Shown here: positions 38,551 through 52,126 of the stretch, one piece after another
Layout: each line of letters opens with the position of its first letter
Numbering within the stretch: the stretch's first letter is position 1
Source: Eledone cirrhosa
Lineage: Eukaryota
Reading direction: 5' to 3'
Assembly: GCA_964016885.1 (NCBI GenBank)
Contig: OZ024764.1
Location: 21,266,001-21,330,000 of the forward strand
DNA: 64,000 nt
The notes under the pieces: model-generated
Database searches by the model: none
What the model saw: only the letters and a program-made list of their open reading frames with translations
What the model was told of the DNA's origin: nothing
Program-made: the position numbers and the translations under genes

Positions 38551-39453
38551 GTTTACAATTACGGAGTGATTACATTACTGGACCTGAATTCTATCAAGTG
38601 GTCAAAGCTTCTAATTCTGTGAAATAGAATGGAAGTATGGATTGACCTTTCAGTCACACCTGACTATAAATAGATTCAGGCTATTTCAAGAGGGAGATGG
38701 GATGGTTCCTCGCCATTTATAATTATTTATATTTTATATTTGGGGGGTTTGATTTTGAAAAATTGTAAGTGTATGTTAAGGAGGAAAGTATAACTGTGTG
38801 ATACAATTGCTCCAGGTTGGTTCCCTACGTTGTTGCCACAAACAATTCTTTTTTCCTCCGAACATCTGTTATTCCTCTCCGTAGATTATAAATGGTAAAA
38901 TCCGTTCGATCCAACCGAATGGAAAATCCAGTTCCTTGAAGAATATTTTGAGTTGTCTCGGACAAAGCAAAAAAAGGGGAAAGTTGAAAATGTTTACCTC
39001 GTTTGGTGGTCAATTGCCATCTCCCACTGTGTTTTTCTTTCATTTATCATTATTGTTCAATAAATTATATTATTATACACAGTTTAGACAATATATTTGT
39101 AATGTCTTTCTCAAGGAATTGCCAGCAATTTATAATGTTATTTACACACGATATTTATGTATATATTTAAAACATATTTACAACGTTATTCTACTGTAAA
39201 TTTATACAATTGTAATAAAATATATTAATTATATCATCACATAATATAAAAACGACCTTTAGAATATTTAAATATTTAGTTTTGTTAATTTATTTTTCAG
39301 CAACAACAAAAGTTTTCACTTTAATTAATTAGAGGTAGGTAAAATATAGATAATTACGATAACATTTTATATTTCCAGTAATGAAACAAACAAGAAAATA
39401 TATATTTGTGATGTGAAAAGTGAGCTTAAATCTACAATATTAATAGACATAAT

Positions 39454-39600
39454 ACTTACATTATAGTCTCAGGTGTTTAGTATTTACAGAAATGTTGTCT
39501 AAATGTTGTTTTAGGAAGACTAACACGTGGACAGGAAGTCGACAACAGCACCACTGCGCATGCTTCAATGTCAAAGGTCAAGTTTTTTTGTGACGTAAAA
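39454..39600 (-). promoter_or_regulatory. Putative promoter/exon 1 of ZNF copy 2
   Basis: Same motif cluster as 18566-18712, with a consensus donor AAT|GTAAGT at 39459. Confidence 0.55.
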
Positions 39601-41211
39601 ATATATTTACCGAATTAAATTATGTAAAGTTTGTAATAAAAAAATGAAGTTGAAAACAGTAAATGTAATTAAAATAGAACAGCTAAGTACTCTGACAGAA
39701 ATCACCGGGTATCTCGGTAAGATCGGGTCATATGGGGGCTAAGTTGCCAGAACAGCTAAGTACCCTCACAAGAGTCATCGGGTACTTCGGTCAAGCCAGC
39801 CGCCAACAGTGACAACAACTTCGTTGTCAGCAGCCCAGCTTCTCAAACATCACAGACTGGAATAAATACTTTGCCGATAATTACTGGTAGTTTAGCTTTT
39901 ATTTCGTTCGTCTACAGAAGCAGTGACCCTCACTTTTACTACAGCATGTAGAATGTGGGAGGGAGACGAAAACATCACTAACTGAGGTCTCACAAATGTG
40001 ACAGTTAGTTTTGAAAATATATATACAACATACAAGATAAATAACTAGACTGAAATATATTTGATAGGGAATAAAGAGTAGAATATTCTAGTCTGTGGTG
40101 TTGGAGAAGTTTGGAGGAGATAGGTCCCTGACAACGAGGTTCTTGTTATCGTTGGCAGCTCTCCTTACCGAGGTGTCAGGTGATACATATGAGGGTGTTT
40201 GGTAGTTCCAACATCTTAGCCTTGCTATCACTCGAGGTAAGACTGTCTCAGAAAGTATTAGAAGGAGACTCCGGCACCCCATGTGATGTAGACTGATTGA
40301 CAGAGTGTTGACTTAATATTTTCATTTGTTGTGATTCTATGTGAAATATATCTCTATGTAAGTAACTTGGTTACGTGAATCATTGTGAATCTCGTAAATA
40401 CTTAAACAGAAATCTACTTAGGACACAAAATAAAGCAGATTCCATGGTACAAAGTATTTAAAGTGCGTATATCAAAAAGAAGGGGGGATGTAACGAGAGT
40501 TGTCTCCCTTTACATATGTTTTATGTTTTACTGTAGTAGGGGTATAGATGTGTTTGTCTGTCTCTCTCTCGGTATAAACTACCATTTGCACTGCCTGTTT
40601 TTTGTTCCTGTCTAATATTTAACTATATATATATATATCCATCCCTCCAAAAATGATCAATTTAATTCTCTTTAACTCACTACATTCCACGACATGAAGT
40701 CTGCTATCAAAACTGACCAAAGAATCCTGCCACCTCTACCCCTCCCTCCATCTCAGTTTGTCACTCTACTTCCTACCTCTTCCTCTCTCCCTATACTATT
40801 CCGTCTGTCCCCTCACCTTCTGATTCCTCTCTCTCTATACTAGTAAATACAATTCCAAATAAATGTTTTTCTCTATATATTAAGAATTATTTCAAGAGTA
40901 ACTTACTATTTTGAAAATTTGGACTGTGAACAACAATTATAATTGAGTGGCTGCTATTTGCAGGATAGAAATATAAGGTTGCACTTACCAATGAAACGGT
41001 CGTAAATACCTGGATAAAATCCTTCTCTTAATGCTTACCTGTGTTTTCTCTTTTATACTATATATATATATATATAATGGGTGGAGTCTTCGATTGAGGG
41101 TGGAGTCTTCGACTTGGCCTGAGCATGGACTCAAACTCAAATGAAATGAAATGGAATACTGTTGGCTTTTTGCTACAATAATTTCTATATTCTTCATTTA
41201 TATATATATAT

Positions 41212-41380
41212 CTTGAGGTTGTGAGTTCGATTCCTGGACCAGGCGATGCGTTATGACCTTGAGCAAGACACTTTATTTCACGTTGTTCCTTCTACCTGGA
41301 GTTGCGACCGATAGTACTAGCAATTGGAAAGACCAATGGAAACATTGCTTCCTCGGTCCGATTTGACGAAAGTCGATCGT
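41212..41380 (+). mobile_element. tRNA-derived SINE, 5'-truncated
   Basis: B box GAGTTCGATTCC, with a body matching 57850-58022. Confidence 0.75.
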
Positions 41381-41407
41381 TTCTTCATATATATATATAT
41401 ACACACA

Positions 41408-43345
41408 CACTTTTGTACCTTGACTTATGAGTTTAATTTGTTCCGTGGAGGACCTCGTAACTTAAATTACTCGTATGTCAAATCAATTTTCCCCACTGAA
41501 ATAAAATAAAATGCCGTTAATCCGTTCCAGACCCCCAAAAAACCACAGTTTGTTTTGTTACGTGTTTTTAAATAAGAAAAATGTACTTATAAATAACAAA
41601 TATTGTATATAAAAAACAATACAATAGAATGTACTACAATAAACTGGTTTTATTAAGTATAATGTACAGCATCTATCTTGGAGATCAGACGACTTGAGGA
41701 TGTTGACGGAGGAGAAAGGATGAACTGAATAACTGAATCTTATTCGCTGATTTTTGCTCTTTTCGCCACGCGTTCCTCACTTTTATCTGCAGGGATTTTC
41801 GATAAAAACCTGTCTAATGAGGTTTGTTTCATCTCACTTGTTGAGATAACCTCCTCTGTGTCACCTATTTCCTGCAAAAACTCCGTGTGTTGCTGTGTCT
41901 GTAGCTCCTTTAATTCCTTCGTTGTCATTTCCTCGGGGTGCTCCTCGATGAGCTCGTTGATGTCACCTTCATCCATGTCCAGGCCCATGGACTTACCGAG
42001 GGGTACAATCTCCGCCACCACTGCCGCTTCGGGTTCCAGTCTTTCAAAGTCTGTTTTAGACACAACTTCAGGCCACAGCTTCTTCCATGTAGAGGTCAAG
42101 GTCCTCTTTGTATGACCCTGCCAGGTCATATCGATAATTCTGAGGCATATCACGATGTTATAATGGTCCTTCCAGACCTCTCAAGGGTGAAGTTTGTGCT
42201 CTCCGTCACTTCAAAGCAGCGACTGAACAGGTGCTTGGTGAAGAGCTTCTTGAAATTAGAAAGTACCCGCTGGTCCTTGGGCTGTAGGTTAGGGGTGGTG
42301 TTTGGTGGAAGGTAGAGGACCTTTATAAACTTGAACTCTTCGAGGTTAGGTGGGTGAGCAGGTGTATTGTCCAGAACAAGAAGGGTTTACAGGGGTAGGT
42401 TATTTTCATGGGGATATTTTTTAATGTCAGGACCAAATTCACCCAATCCACAAAGAACTATCTGGTGACCCATGACCTCGGGTTTGCCCTCCACATAACC
42501 TGCAGTTTTTCTTTCAGAATCTTATGTGACTTAAAGTTTTCCGAATGATAAACGAGCGGCAACTTAATCTTACAGTCAACGTTCACAGTGGCACAGTGCG
42601 AGGGTTAGCCTATCCTTCATGGGTTTGTGGCCAGGCATCCTCTTCTCCTCTGCCGTTATATAAGTCCTCCTTGGCATCTTCTTCCAAAAAAGTCCTGTTT
42701 CATCACAGTTAAAGACTTGCTGAGGGATGTATCCTTTGGCTGCTATAATTCAGGGAAAGGTTTTGAGGTAATCCTCAGCTGCCTTCATATCCGTGCTCGC
42801 TGCCTCACCATGCCTGACAACTGAGTGAATCCCGGTCCTCTTTTTAAAATTCTCAAACCAACCCCGACTGGCATTAAAGGGCTTGCCGATGGCTCGTCCG
42901 TAGAAGTACCTGGGGTCTGTTGCAGCAAATCAGCGTAAATAGTTCGTGCCTTCTCACATATTATAATCTTCATCACAGTATCTCTTGCGAGCTGCTTCTC
43001 CGTCAACCACACCATCAGCAGCTTTTCCATATTTTCATGGATAGAGGTCCGCTGTTTAGAAATTATTTTACCACCCTTAGCTGGGGTTATAGCCTTTATC
43101 AAGTCCACTACACACACCTTGGACATGTTTTTCTATAATTTCTTTCTTTAATTCAATACACATCATCTGCTTCTTCTTCTCAGCACTGTCCTTCGCCCTC
43201 ACTTTCTTCGAACCCATGGGATGCTGGACGGGTGTTATGGTATTCCCTGTGGCGGTCGCTATGCCAACTAGAACTGGAACTCAACGCAAAAAATCAGCCG
43301 AGGGACGGCTCGTATCTCGAAAACTCTTTACTTGGGACACTCGTA
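41408..43345 (-). mobile_element. Tigger/pogo (TIGD1-like) DNA transposon fossil
   Basis: Minus-strand fragments MGSKKVRAKDSAEKKKQMMCIELKKEIIEKH, MEKLLMVWLTEKQ, LLVLDN.PAHP and LPPNTT. Tigger-like end GTACCTTGACTTATGAGT. Confidence 0.85.
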
Positions 43346-43459
43346 TATATATATACTGTATATATATATGTGTGTTTGTATGTGTGTTTATATGTATATT
43401 ATAAAATTATAATATAGAAAACAGCGATCTTCTGATTACTAAAGCTGGTGCATTAGATA

Positions 43460-44548
43460 TTTCACTGCCAACACTGTAAAGAGGTTGTGTAGGTGTCATG
43501 ACAAAAAGTACCCAGTACACACTGTAAAGTGGTGATGTAGGTGTCACGACAAAAAGTACCCAGTACACACTGTATAGTGGTCATGTAGGTGTCACAACAA
43601 AAAGTACTAAGTCCACACTGTAAAGTGGTGATGTAGGTGTCACAACAAAAAGTACCCAGTCCACACTGTAAAGTGGTGATGTAGGTGTCACAACAAAAAG
43701 TACCCAGTACACACTGTATAGTGGTCATGTAGGTGTCACAACAAAAAGTACTAAGTCCACACTGTAAAGTGGTGATGTAGGTGTCACAACAAAAAGTACC
43801 CAGTTCACACTGTAAAGTGCTCATGTAGGTGTCACAACAAAAAGCACCCAGACCACACTGTAAAGTGGTCATGTATGGTTATATTATAAATGTATGTATA
43901 TGTGTGTGTATGTATGTATGTGTCACGACAAAAAGTACCCAGTCCACACGGTAAAGTGGTCATGTAGGTGTCACGACAAAAAGTACCCAGACCACACTAT
44001 AAAGTGGTCATGCAGGTGTTACGACAAAAAGTGCCCAGTCCACACTGTAAAGTGGTCATGTAGGTGTCACAACAAAAAGCACCCAGACCACACTGTAAAG
44101 TGGTCATGTAGGTGTCACAACAAAAAGCACCCAGACCACACTGTAAAGTGGTCATGTAGGTGTCACAACAAAAAGCACCCAGTCCACACTGTAAAGTGGT
44201 CATGTAGGTGTCGCGACAAAAAGCACCCAGTAGTCAATGTAAAGTGGTCATCATGGTGAGATGGTAAAAAGCACCCAGCCTACACTGTAAAGTGGTGGTG
44301 CTGGTGAGATGTTAAAAAGCACCCAGTCCACACTGTAAAGTGGTCATGTAGGTGTCACGACAAAAAGCACCCAGTACTTAATGTAAATAAGGTTGGTGCT
44401 AGGAAGGTCATCCAACTGTAGAAACCAAACCAAAATTGGTTCTGTAGGAGCAAGACGTGGTCACCTGACCTGGCATTGCTTACAACAGGATAACTCGTCT
44501 AACCCATGCCAGCGTGGAAAAAATGATGTAAAACAGTGATGATGATAT
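43460..44548 (+). repeat. 48-bp SINE-derived minisatellite (largest array) plus SINE tail
   Basis: About 18-19 units in two blocks separated by a TA/TG patch at 43876-43920. Confidence 0.9.
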
Positions 44549-45426
44549 AACATTTGTTTAATAATGAATTCCAATCTCATTGTTAACAGCTATAGATGTC
44601 AGGATGTGAACCTTCTTACTGAAATATCTTCTCCATGTTAGTGGCTGAAGAAGATTTAGAAAACTTTCACAAAATAACAGTATTCCCTAACTTCTCCCCT
44701 AAAAAATACAAGACAAGCAGGGCCAGACTTTTACCTACTGAAGCCCTAAGCTATATGAAGTTAGAGGTTCTTTTCTAAAAATATATAATTATCTTTTATA
44801 TTAATGTTAATGATAAAGAATAAGTAATATAATAAATATACCACCATAGGTGCTGAGGTGGCTAGCTGCATCTGTGAGCCTCACGAGATGGAATGGCTCT
44901 TCCAGCACATCTAGAACAGCATGGCCCTCTAATATCTAGTATTTAGTAACAAACTAGACCACCCGGGACCTGTTGGGTCACTTTCACTTAAAACTATTTT
45001 TTAACGGTCATTTTAAAATAGTTTTTAAATAGTTAAAATATACACATACGTATATATATATATACACACACACACATTTTATTAAACAACACCACCAGCT
45101 CCCTCTCTCTCACAACCACTATCTCTTTCTCTCCCTATATTTATGAAGGTACCCAGAAAACCCCGTATCTTGGGAACCTGTGCTCCAATTTATACAAAAC
45201 TTGTTTTATTCTTTTCAAAGTATTTCCCCATTATGCACTGTTTTAGCTGTATTAAATTACAGACAAGACACAATCACAGAGTTTTAGTAGTATATATATA
45301 ATATAGCTTCAAATTAAAGTTAGTAAACGACAGTTTGGAGAAATCTGTAACATTTATTAAACATTCTTCAAGTTTGTCAATTCTATAGCACAATAGTTTG
45401 TTAGTTAAAGTGTTTAGTTAGATGTT

Positions 45427-45697
45427 CTACATATAAAGAAGAGAGAATACTTTACCACAAATATTACAGTGGTATAATGATTTTCCCATCTCTTCTGGAA
45501 ATTATTCCTATGTTGATGTAAATATTTCTATTGTTCATAATTTTACCAAATGTGATCTTTGTCAATATCCAAATACTTTGAAAACTCCTTTGTAAATATC
45601 CAAAGTTTAATCAGAACGTAAAATCATCTTGTAAATATTCCAGACAGTGAAAAAGGAAAATGTTGTTATTTATCTCAATTCAGAAGAAATATTTCAC
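45427..45697 (-). pseudogene. Relic C2H2-ZNF exon, truncated
   Basis: 45489-45427 encodes MGKSLYHCNICGKVFSLLYM*. Homology ends at the poly-A run at 45698. Confidence 0.6.
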
Positions 45698-45959
45698 AAA
45701 AAAAAAAAAAATTTTTCTTTTCTTTGCTTCATATATATATATTATATATACTTGTCCGCCATTGCAAAAGGCCATAAATTCAAAAATTTTGAAGAGAGAG
45801 GAAAAGAGAGAAGTGATCTATGAGCTTGTACATCTCACTGACCCCCCCCCCCCCCGTCACCACAATAACAATCACGCCTACACTCGCTCCCCACCATCAC
45901 CACATTACTCTAAGGTCGCTGTCCTGTCCCCTGTTGACATACTGCTGACTCTCTTTTGA

Positions 45960-46610
45960 TGTATGTGTGTGTATATACATATGTGTATGTGTGTGTATAT
46001 ACATATGTGTATGTGTGTGTATATGTATATCTCAGTGGATGCGACCAGATTTCAACACAGCAACAACTACAACAACAACAGCAGCAACACCAACAACAAC
46101 AGCAACAACACCATCGTCTGTGTTGAATGTGTGTGTGTGTGTATGTATTTGTATATATGCGACAGCAATAACAGCATCAACACCATTGTCTGCAGCAACA
46201 GCAGCAGTGAAATGAAGGACAACAACAACAGCAACAACGACAACAACTACAATAACAACTACAGCACCAACAACTGCCACCACCATCACTGACCATCCAC
46301 CACCACCACGCTGGTACCATCCACCACCACCACACTGACACCATCCACCACCGCCATTACCAGCGTAAAGCAAACAATTATTATTGTTATTGTTATTATA
46401 TACAAGCCGAACTGGACTGGGAAAGGTCAACAGTTGACATGATAGTGATTTTGACGATTTTGATTTTGTATCGGTACTGTCGGTAATATATGTATATATA
46501 TGTTTGTGAGTGGTGTGTGTGATTGTATGCATGAATGAGTGTTGGTATGTGTGGTTGTGGTTTGTATGCATGAGTGTTGGTGTGTGAGTGTTTGTGTGTG
46601 CGTCGTGTCA
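45960..46610. repeat. Low-complexity tract of (TG)n, (CAA/CAG)n and (CCA)n
   Basis: Directly visible simple repeats. Confidence 0.85.
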
Positions 46611-46635
46611 AAAAGTTTTTTTTTTTTTTTTTTTT

Positions 46636-49600
46636 ATGACCATGCTGTAAAATGGAGGGGTAGAGAGGGCCCTTGAGTCTAGTAAGACATCCTCTCTAGT
46701 GCTGGTGGCACAAATAAAAGCACCCAGTCCATGCTGTAAAGTGGCGCTGGTGTTAGGAAGGGCATCCAACCAGTGTATCAATGCCAAAAAGCTTATCAGC
46801 ACAGCAACAAAACAGCATAGAAAAATATGAAGACGTCGCATCTCAGAGTTGCAACACTTAATGTTGGCACTCTCAGAGGTAGATCTGCTGAAATAGCGGA
46901 GATGCTGGAGAGAAGGCAGGTGGATGTGTGCTGCGTGCAAGAGGTGAGATGGAGAGGTGCCTCTGCGAGACTAGTCGTAGGCAAGCGTCTTAGCTATAAG
47001 CTATTCTGGGTAGGTAAGGATGATGGGTTAGGGGGAGTAGGCATTTTCCTGGCTGAGAAATGGATCAATAAGACAATAGAGGTAGTTCGAGTTAGTAATC
47101 GAATAATTAAGCTTAGATTAGTTGTAGGTAGGAGACTACTGACAATCATCTCGGTCTATGCTCCCCAAGCAGGCCTAGGCAAAGATGAGAAAGACTGCTT
47201 TTATGAGCAACTTTTGCAAACAACCGCAATGACAGAGGACGGAGACATCGTTATGCTAGCAGGAGACTTCAATGGTCATGTTGGACAGCTCCAGGATGGT
47301 TACACTGGGGTACATGGTGGGCACGGTTACGGTTCAAGAAATGAAGAAGGAGTGAGACTTCTTGAATTTTGTGATGCAAGTACATTGACTATTTGCAACA
47401 CAAACTTCCAGAAACCTGCCAATCACCTAATAACCTACAAATCTGGTGAGCACATAAGACAGATTGACTTCCTGCTAGTTAGGCAGCGGGACAGGCAGAT
47501 AGTGTCTAATACCAAGGCATTCCCTGGGGAAGAATGTACCCCACAGCATAGGTTAGTTGTTAGTGATATCTCAGTAAGCAAGAGATGGAATGAGACATAT
47601 AGGAAGGTGTGGAGAAGAAAGGTCTGGAAGCTAAAAGACCTTTCACTAAAATTCAAATTTAGGAAAGCCCTTCAAGATGTATATGACGAAAAAGAAGACG
47701 ATTTAGAGACGTATGACAGAGATAATAACTGGAAGTTCTTACGTGACAACTTACTGCAGGCTACTGATGAAACCTGTGGCTGGAGCAGAGCTCCAACCAG
47801 ACAGAGAGTGACCTGGTGGTGGAACAGCACAGTAGATAAGGCTATTAGAGACAAAAGACTAGCATGGAAGGCTTGGAAAAAGGGTGGGAGTAGGGAAGAA
47901 TATACAGCCACTAAGAGAGAAGCTAGACGTCAGGTGTACTTAGCACGCAGGGAGGCAGAGAGTAGGAGGTTTGCCAATGTTCTGCGACGGGAAGATCAGA
48001 GGCGTGCGGTGTTCCACATTGCAAGGCAGTGTGTCAATGCAAATCAGGATGTTGTTGGTGATAAATGTGTCCGGGATGATGCCGGTGTACTTAGTGTCAC
48101 TAATGACCAGAAAAAGGAGGCCTGGAAATGTCATTATGAGAGACTGATGAATGTGGAGAACGAATGGGAGAGAGAGAAATTACCCTTGGTAGATCCGACA
48201 GAGGGACCAGCTATTGAGATTGACGAATATAGGGTCCAAGAGGCGATTAGGGAAATGAAAAATGGTAAGGCGGCCGGACCATCGGGAATAGTTGCTGAGA
48301 TGCTGAAGGCATCAGGGGACGTAGGCACTAAACTGGTTGCACGCATCATCAATAAGGCTATATATGGTGGTGTCATACCCAAAGACTGGTGCAGCAGTAT
48401 TCTCAGAAATTGCTACAAAGGTAAAGGGGATGCTTTGGAGAGGAGCAATTATAGGGGTATAAAACTGATAGATCAGGTTATGAAAGTGGCAGAAAGGATT
48501 TTAGCACAACTAATTAGAGAAAGGGTCAAACTAGATGAGATGCAGTTTGGTTTTGTGCCTGGGAAGAGTACAACAGATGCCCTCTTCTTGGTGAGACAAA
48601 TGCAAGAGAGGTTCTTAGAGAAGAATAAGCCACTATACTTAGCCTTTGTTGACCTAGAGAAGGCCTTTGATAGGGTACTCCGATCTGTCATCTGGTGGTC
48701 CCTAAGGAAGCTGGGTGTTGAGGAATGGCTTGTGGGGACAGTACAAACTTTGTACAGAGGTACTCTCAGTAAAGTCAGGGTAGGAATGGAGTTTAGTGAG
48801 GAATTCCAGATACAAGTAGGAGTACATCAGGGTTCGGTCCTCTGCCCGCTCTTGTTCATTATAGTCCTCCAAGCCATAACAGAGGAGTTTAAGACTGGCT
48901 GTCCATGGGAACTTCTCTATGCTGACGATCTGGCTCTTATGGCAGAATCAGTAGAGGAGCTAGAGAATAAATTCCGGCTATGGAAACAGCAGTTGGAAGC
49001 AAGAGGACTGAGAGTAAATCTAGCTAAGACAAAAGTGTTGATGAGTAGAAAAGAGGACAAAACCCTGATTCCGTCAGGGAAATGGCCATGTTCGATATGC
49101 AGAAAAGGAACTGGCATAAATTCTATAAAATGCACACAATGCAGGTCCTGGGTACACAAGAGATGTAGCGGGATAGCAGGCAAACTAACAGGTAGGGAGA
49201 AATATGTATGCAGTAGATGTACAGGGAAATTAGACAGTAGAAGTCGCACTGATAGACACATTTTTCAAATGCGAGAGGGCGCTATAGAAGTGGTGGATAG
49301 CTTTCGGTACCTAGGAGATCAGATTAGCATGGGAGGAGGGTGTTCCGAGGCCATAGTATCTAGAATAAGGACGGGTTGGAAGAAGTTTAGGGAGCTGCTT
49401 CCTCTGTTGACGAAGAAGGGTTTCTCCCTGCGTACGAAAAGGCCGGTTGTATGATGCCTGTGTGAGGAGCGCGATGCTGCATGGTAGTGAGACATGGGCA
49501 GCAACCGCAGAGGATATGCGACGGCTGGAGAGAAATGAGGCAAGCATGCTCCGTTGGATGTGCAGTGTAAATGTGCGTGAACGACCCAGCATAAATGTGT

Positions 49601-49897
49601 TGAGAGAGAAACTGTGTCTGAGAGGGATAGAATGTAGTGTACGGGAGAGGAGACTGAGGTGGTATGGACATGTGATGCGCATGGAGGATGACCGATGGGT
49701 GAAGAAGTGCCAGGAAATGCCAGTTGAGGGAAGACGTGGTAGAGGTAGACCACGAAAAACATGGGCGGAGGTGGTGAGAACAGACCTCAGATCATTGAAG
49801 CTCACGGTGGAGATGACGAGGGACCGTGACGAGTGGAGAGATGCTGTGCTGAATAAGACCCGTCCCACCCTTGCAAGCAGGGAAAAGCGGACGTAAA

Positions 49898-49930
<33 letters not shown>
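46636..49930 (+). mobile_element. Near full-length RTE-clade LINE
   Basis: Short 5' UTR, a single APE+RT ORF, and a (GAT)n tail at 49898-49930. Confidence 0.93.
46827..49896 (+). CDS. RTE ORF (apurinic endonuclease plus reverse transcriptase) with one frameshift
   Basis: The 875-aa ORF has TLNVGTL, VQEVRW, GDFNGHVG, FVDLEKAFD, HQGSVL and LLYADD. It continues in the 49447-49896 frame after an extra A in AAAA at ~49437-49440. Confidence 0.88.
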
Positions 49931-49932
<2 letters not shown>

Positions 49933-50019
49933 TGGGAGTGTCTGTCACAGACGCACACACACAAGTCTCTTGTTATAATTTTAAAATTTTTCGTTCAACA
50001 ACACCACCAGCTTTCTTAC

Positions 50020-50034
50020 TCTCTCTCACTCTCA

Positions 50035-50096
<62 letters not shown>
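50020..50096. repeat. (CT)n microsatellite inside a partial Helitron-like element (49990-50316)
   Basis: Direct observation. The flanks match 60520-60796. Confidence 0.85.
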
Positions 50097-50098
<2 letters not shown>

Positions 50099-51161
50099 TT
50101 ATGAAGGTACCAGAAAAAAGTCATATCTCGGGAACCTGTGCTCTGATTTACGTGAAACTTATTTTATCCCATTTGTATTCCCATTTCAGGGTCAACTTCC
50201 TTTCAAACTATTTTCCCATTATGCCCCGTTTTGGCTGTATTACATTACAGACAAGACACAATCACAGAATTTTAGGTTTATAATGTTATAGTATCATGAT
50301 AGGGTAATACAGTTATTACAAATTTCTGAGTATCTTATAATGTTCTTTTATTATTTCAGAATACCAGAGTACATTGGCATTAAAGAGCACGTTACATCAG
50401 ACATATCCTCAACATTAACCATTTCTAATGAAAGACACTACCCATCATTTTCAAATAATTTTGAAAACACTCAACACTTTGAAGGGATTTAGTAATATAA
50501 CTAAAGTTCTCAGTATTAAGCTGCTCTTTGGAACATAACTTTGCACAATTTCATGAAGTTACAATGGAAAGTTTTTAGATAAATATAAAGACTGGTATGA
50601 AAAGGATAAAACACTTTTATATCAGTTGTTTCAACAACACCATTATTTAAAGACTAAAGGAAGCTGTTATACAGAACAGATACAACCTTGTTTATATAAA
50701 TCTATGGGAGAAATACTGGGAAATATTTCTTGTAAACTCAATAACACTTCTATTCTTTGCTGTCTGGAATATGTAGAAGATACAAAATAAAGCTGAAGAA
50801 ATTTACACATGATTTTATAAGATCTTCATATATTGACAAAGATGATAGTTGATGGAACTACAGGAGTAGAAATATTTCCATTATTACAGGAATAACTAAT
50901 CAAATGAAGACCAGAAAAATTAGATTCTTCACTGTCTGGAATATGTACAAGATGATTTTATATGTATATTAAACTTGAAGAGATCTACAAAACAGTTTGT
51001 ATCATCTTTAAATATAAAGAAAGACCAAAGTTGATAGAAATATATCTGGAGGAATATATTTTAGGAATAATATTATAAACATAAAGAAGAAAAATATCCA
51101 TATATATTAAGAGGAGAAAAATATTAAAACTGTGAATTATGTGAGAAACTGAGGTGATTGA

Positions 51162-52126
<965 letters not shown>

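Larger units (their letters stand above)
19677..40228 (+). repeat. Segmental duplication unit, copy 2 (ZNF cassette)
   Basis: Colinear with copy 1, apart from a deletion at ~34155, a 4.2 kb insertion at 34772-39003 and different VNTR lengths. Confidence 0.93.
40229..45697 (+). repeat. Partial cassette copy 3
   Basis: 40229-40520 matches 19677-19975. 43442-45697 matches 5667-7520 and 1-935. The middle is replaced by SINE/Tigger sequence. Confidence 0.85.

Noticed and set aside
43462-44259. Cys-rich repeat ORFs (MTTLQCGLGAFCCDTY / KKHPDHTVKWSCRC), also 5765-6140
   Set aside because: They are translations of the 48-bp SINE-derived minisatellite and are open on both strands.
45963-46611. Asn/Thr/Val/Gly-rich ORFs
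   Set aside because: They come from (CAA)n, (CCA)n and (TG)n simple repeats.
47435-49964. Multiple minus-strand ORFs over the RTE
   Set aside because: They are antisense shadows of the LINE ORF and have no independent features.
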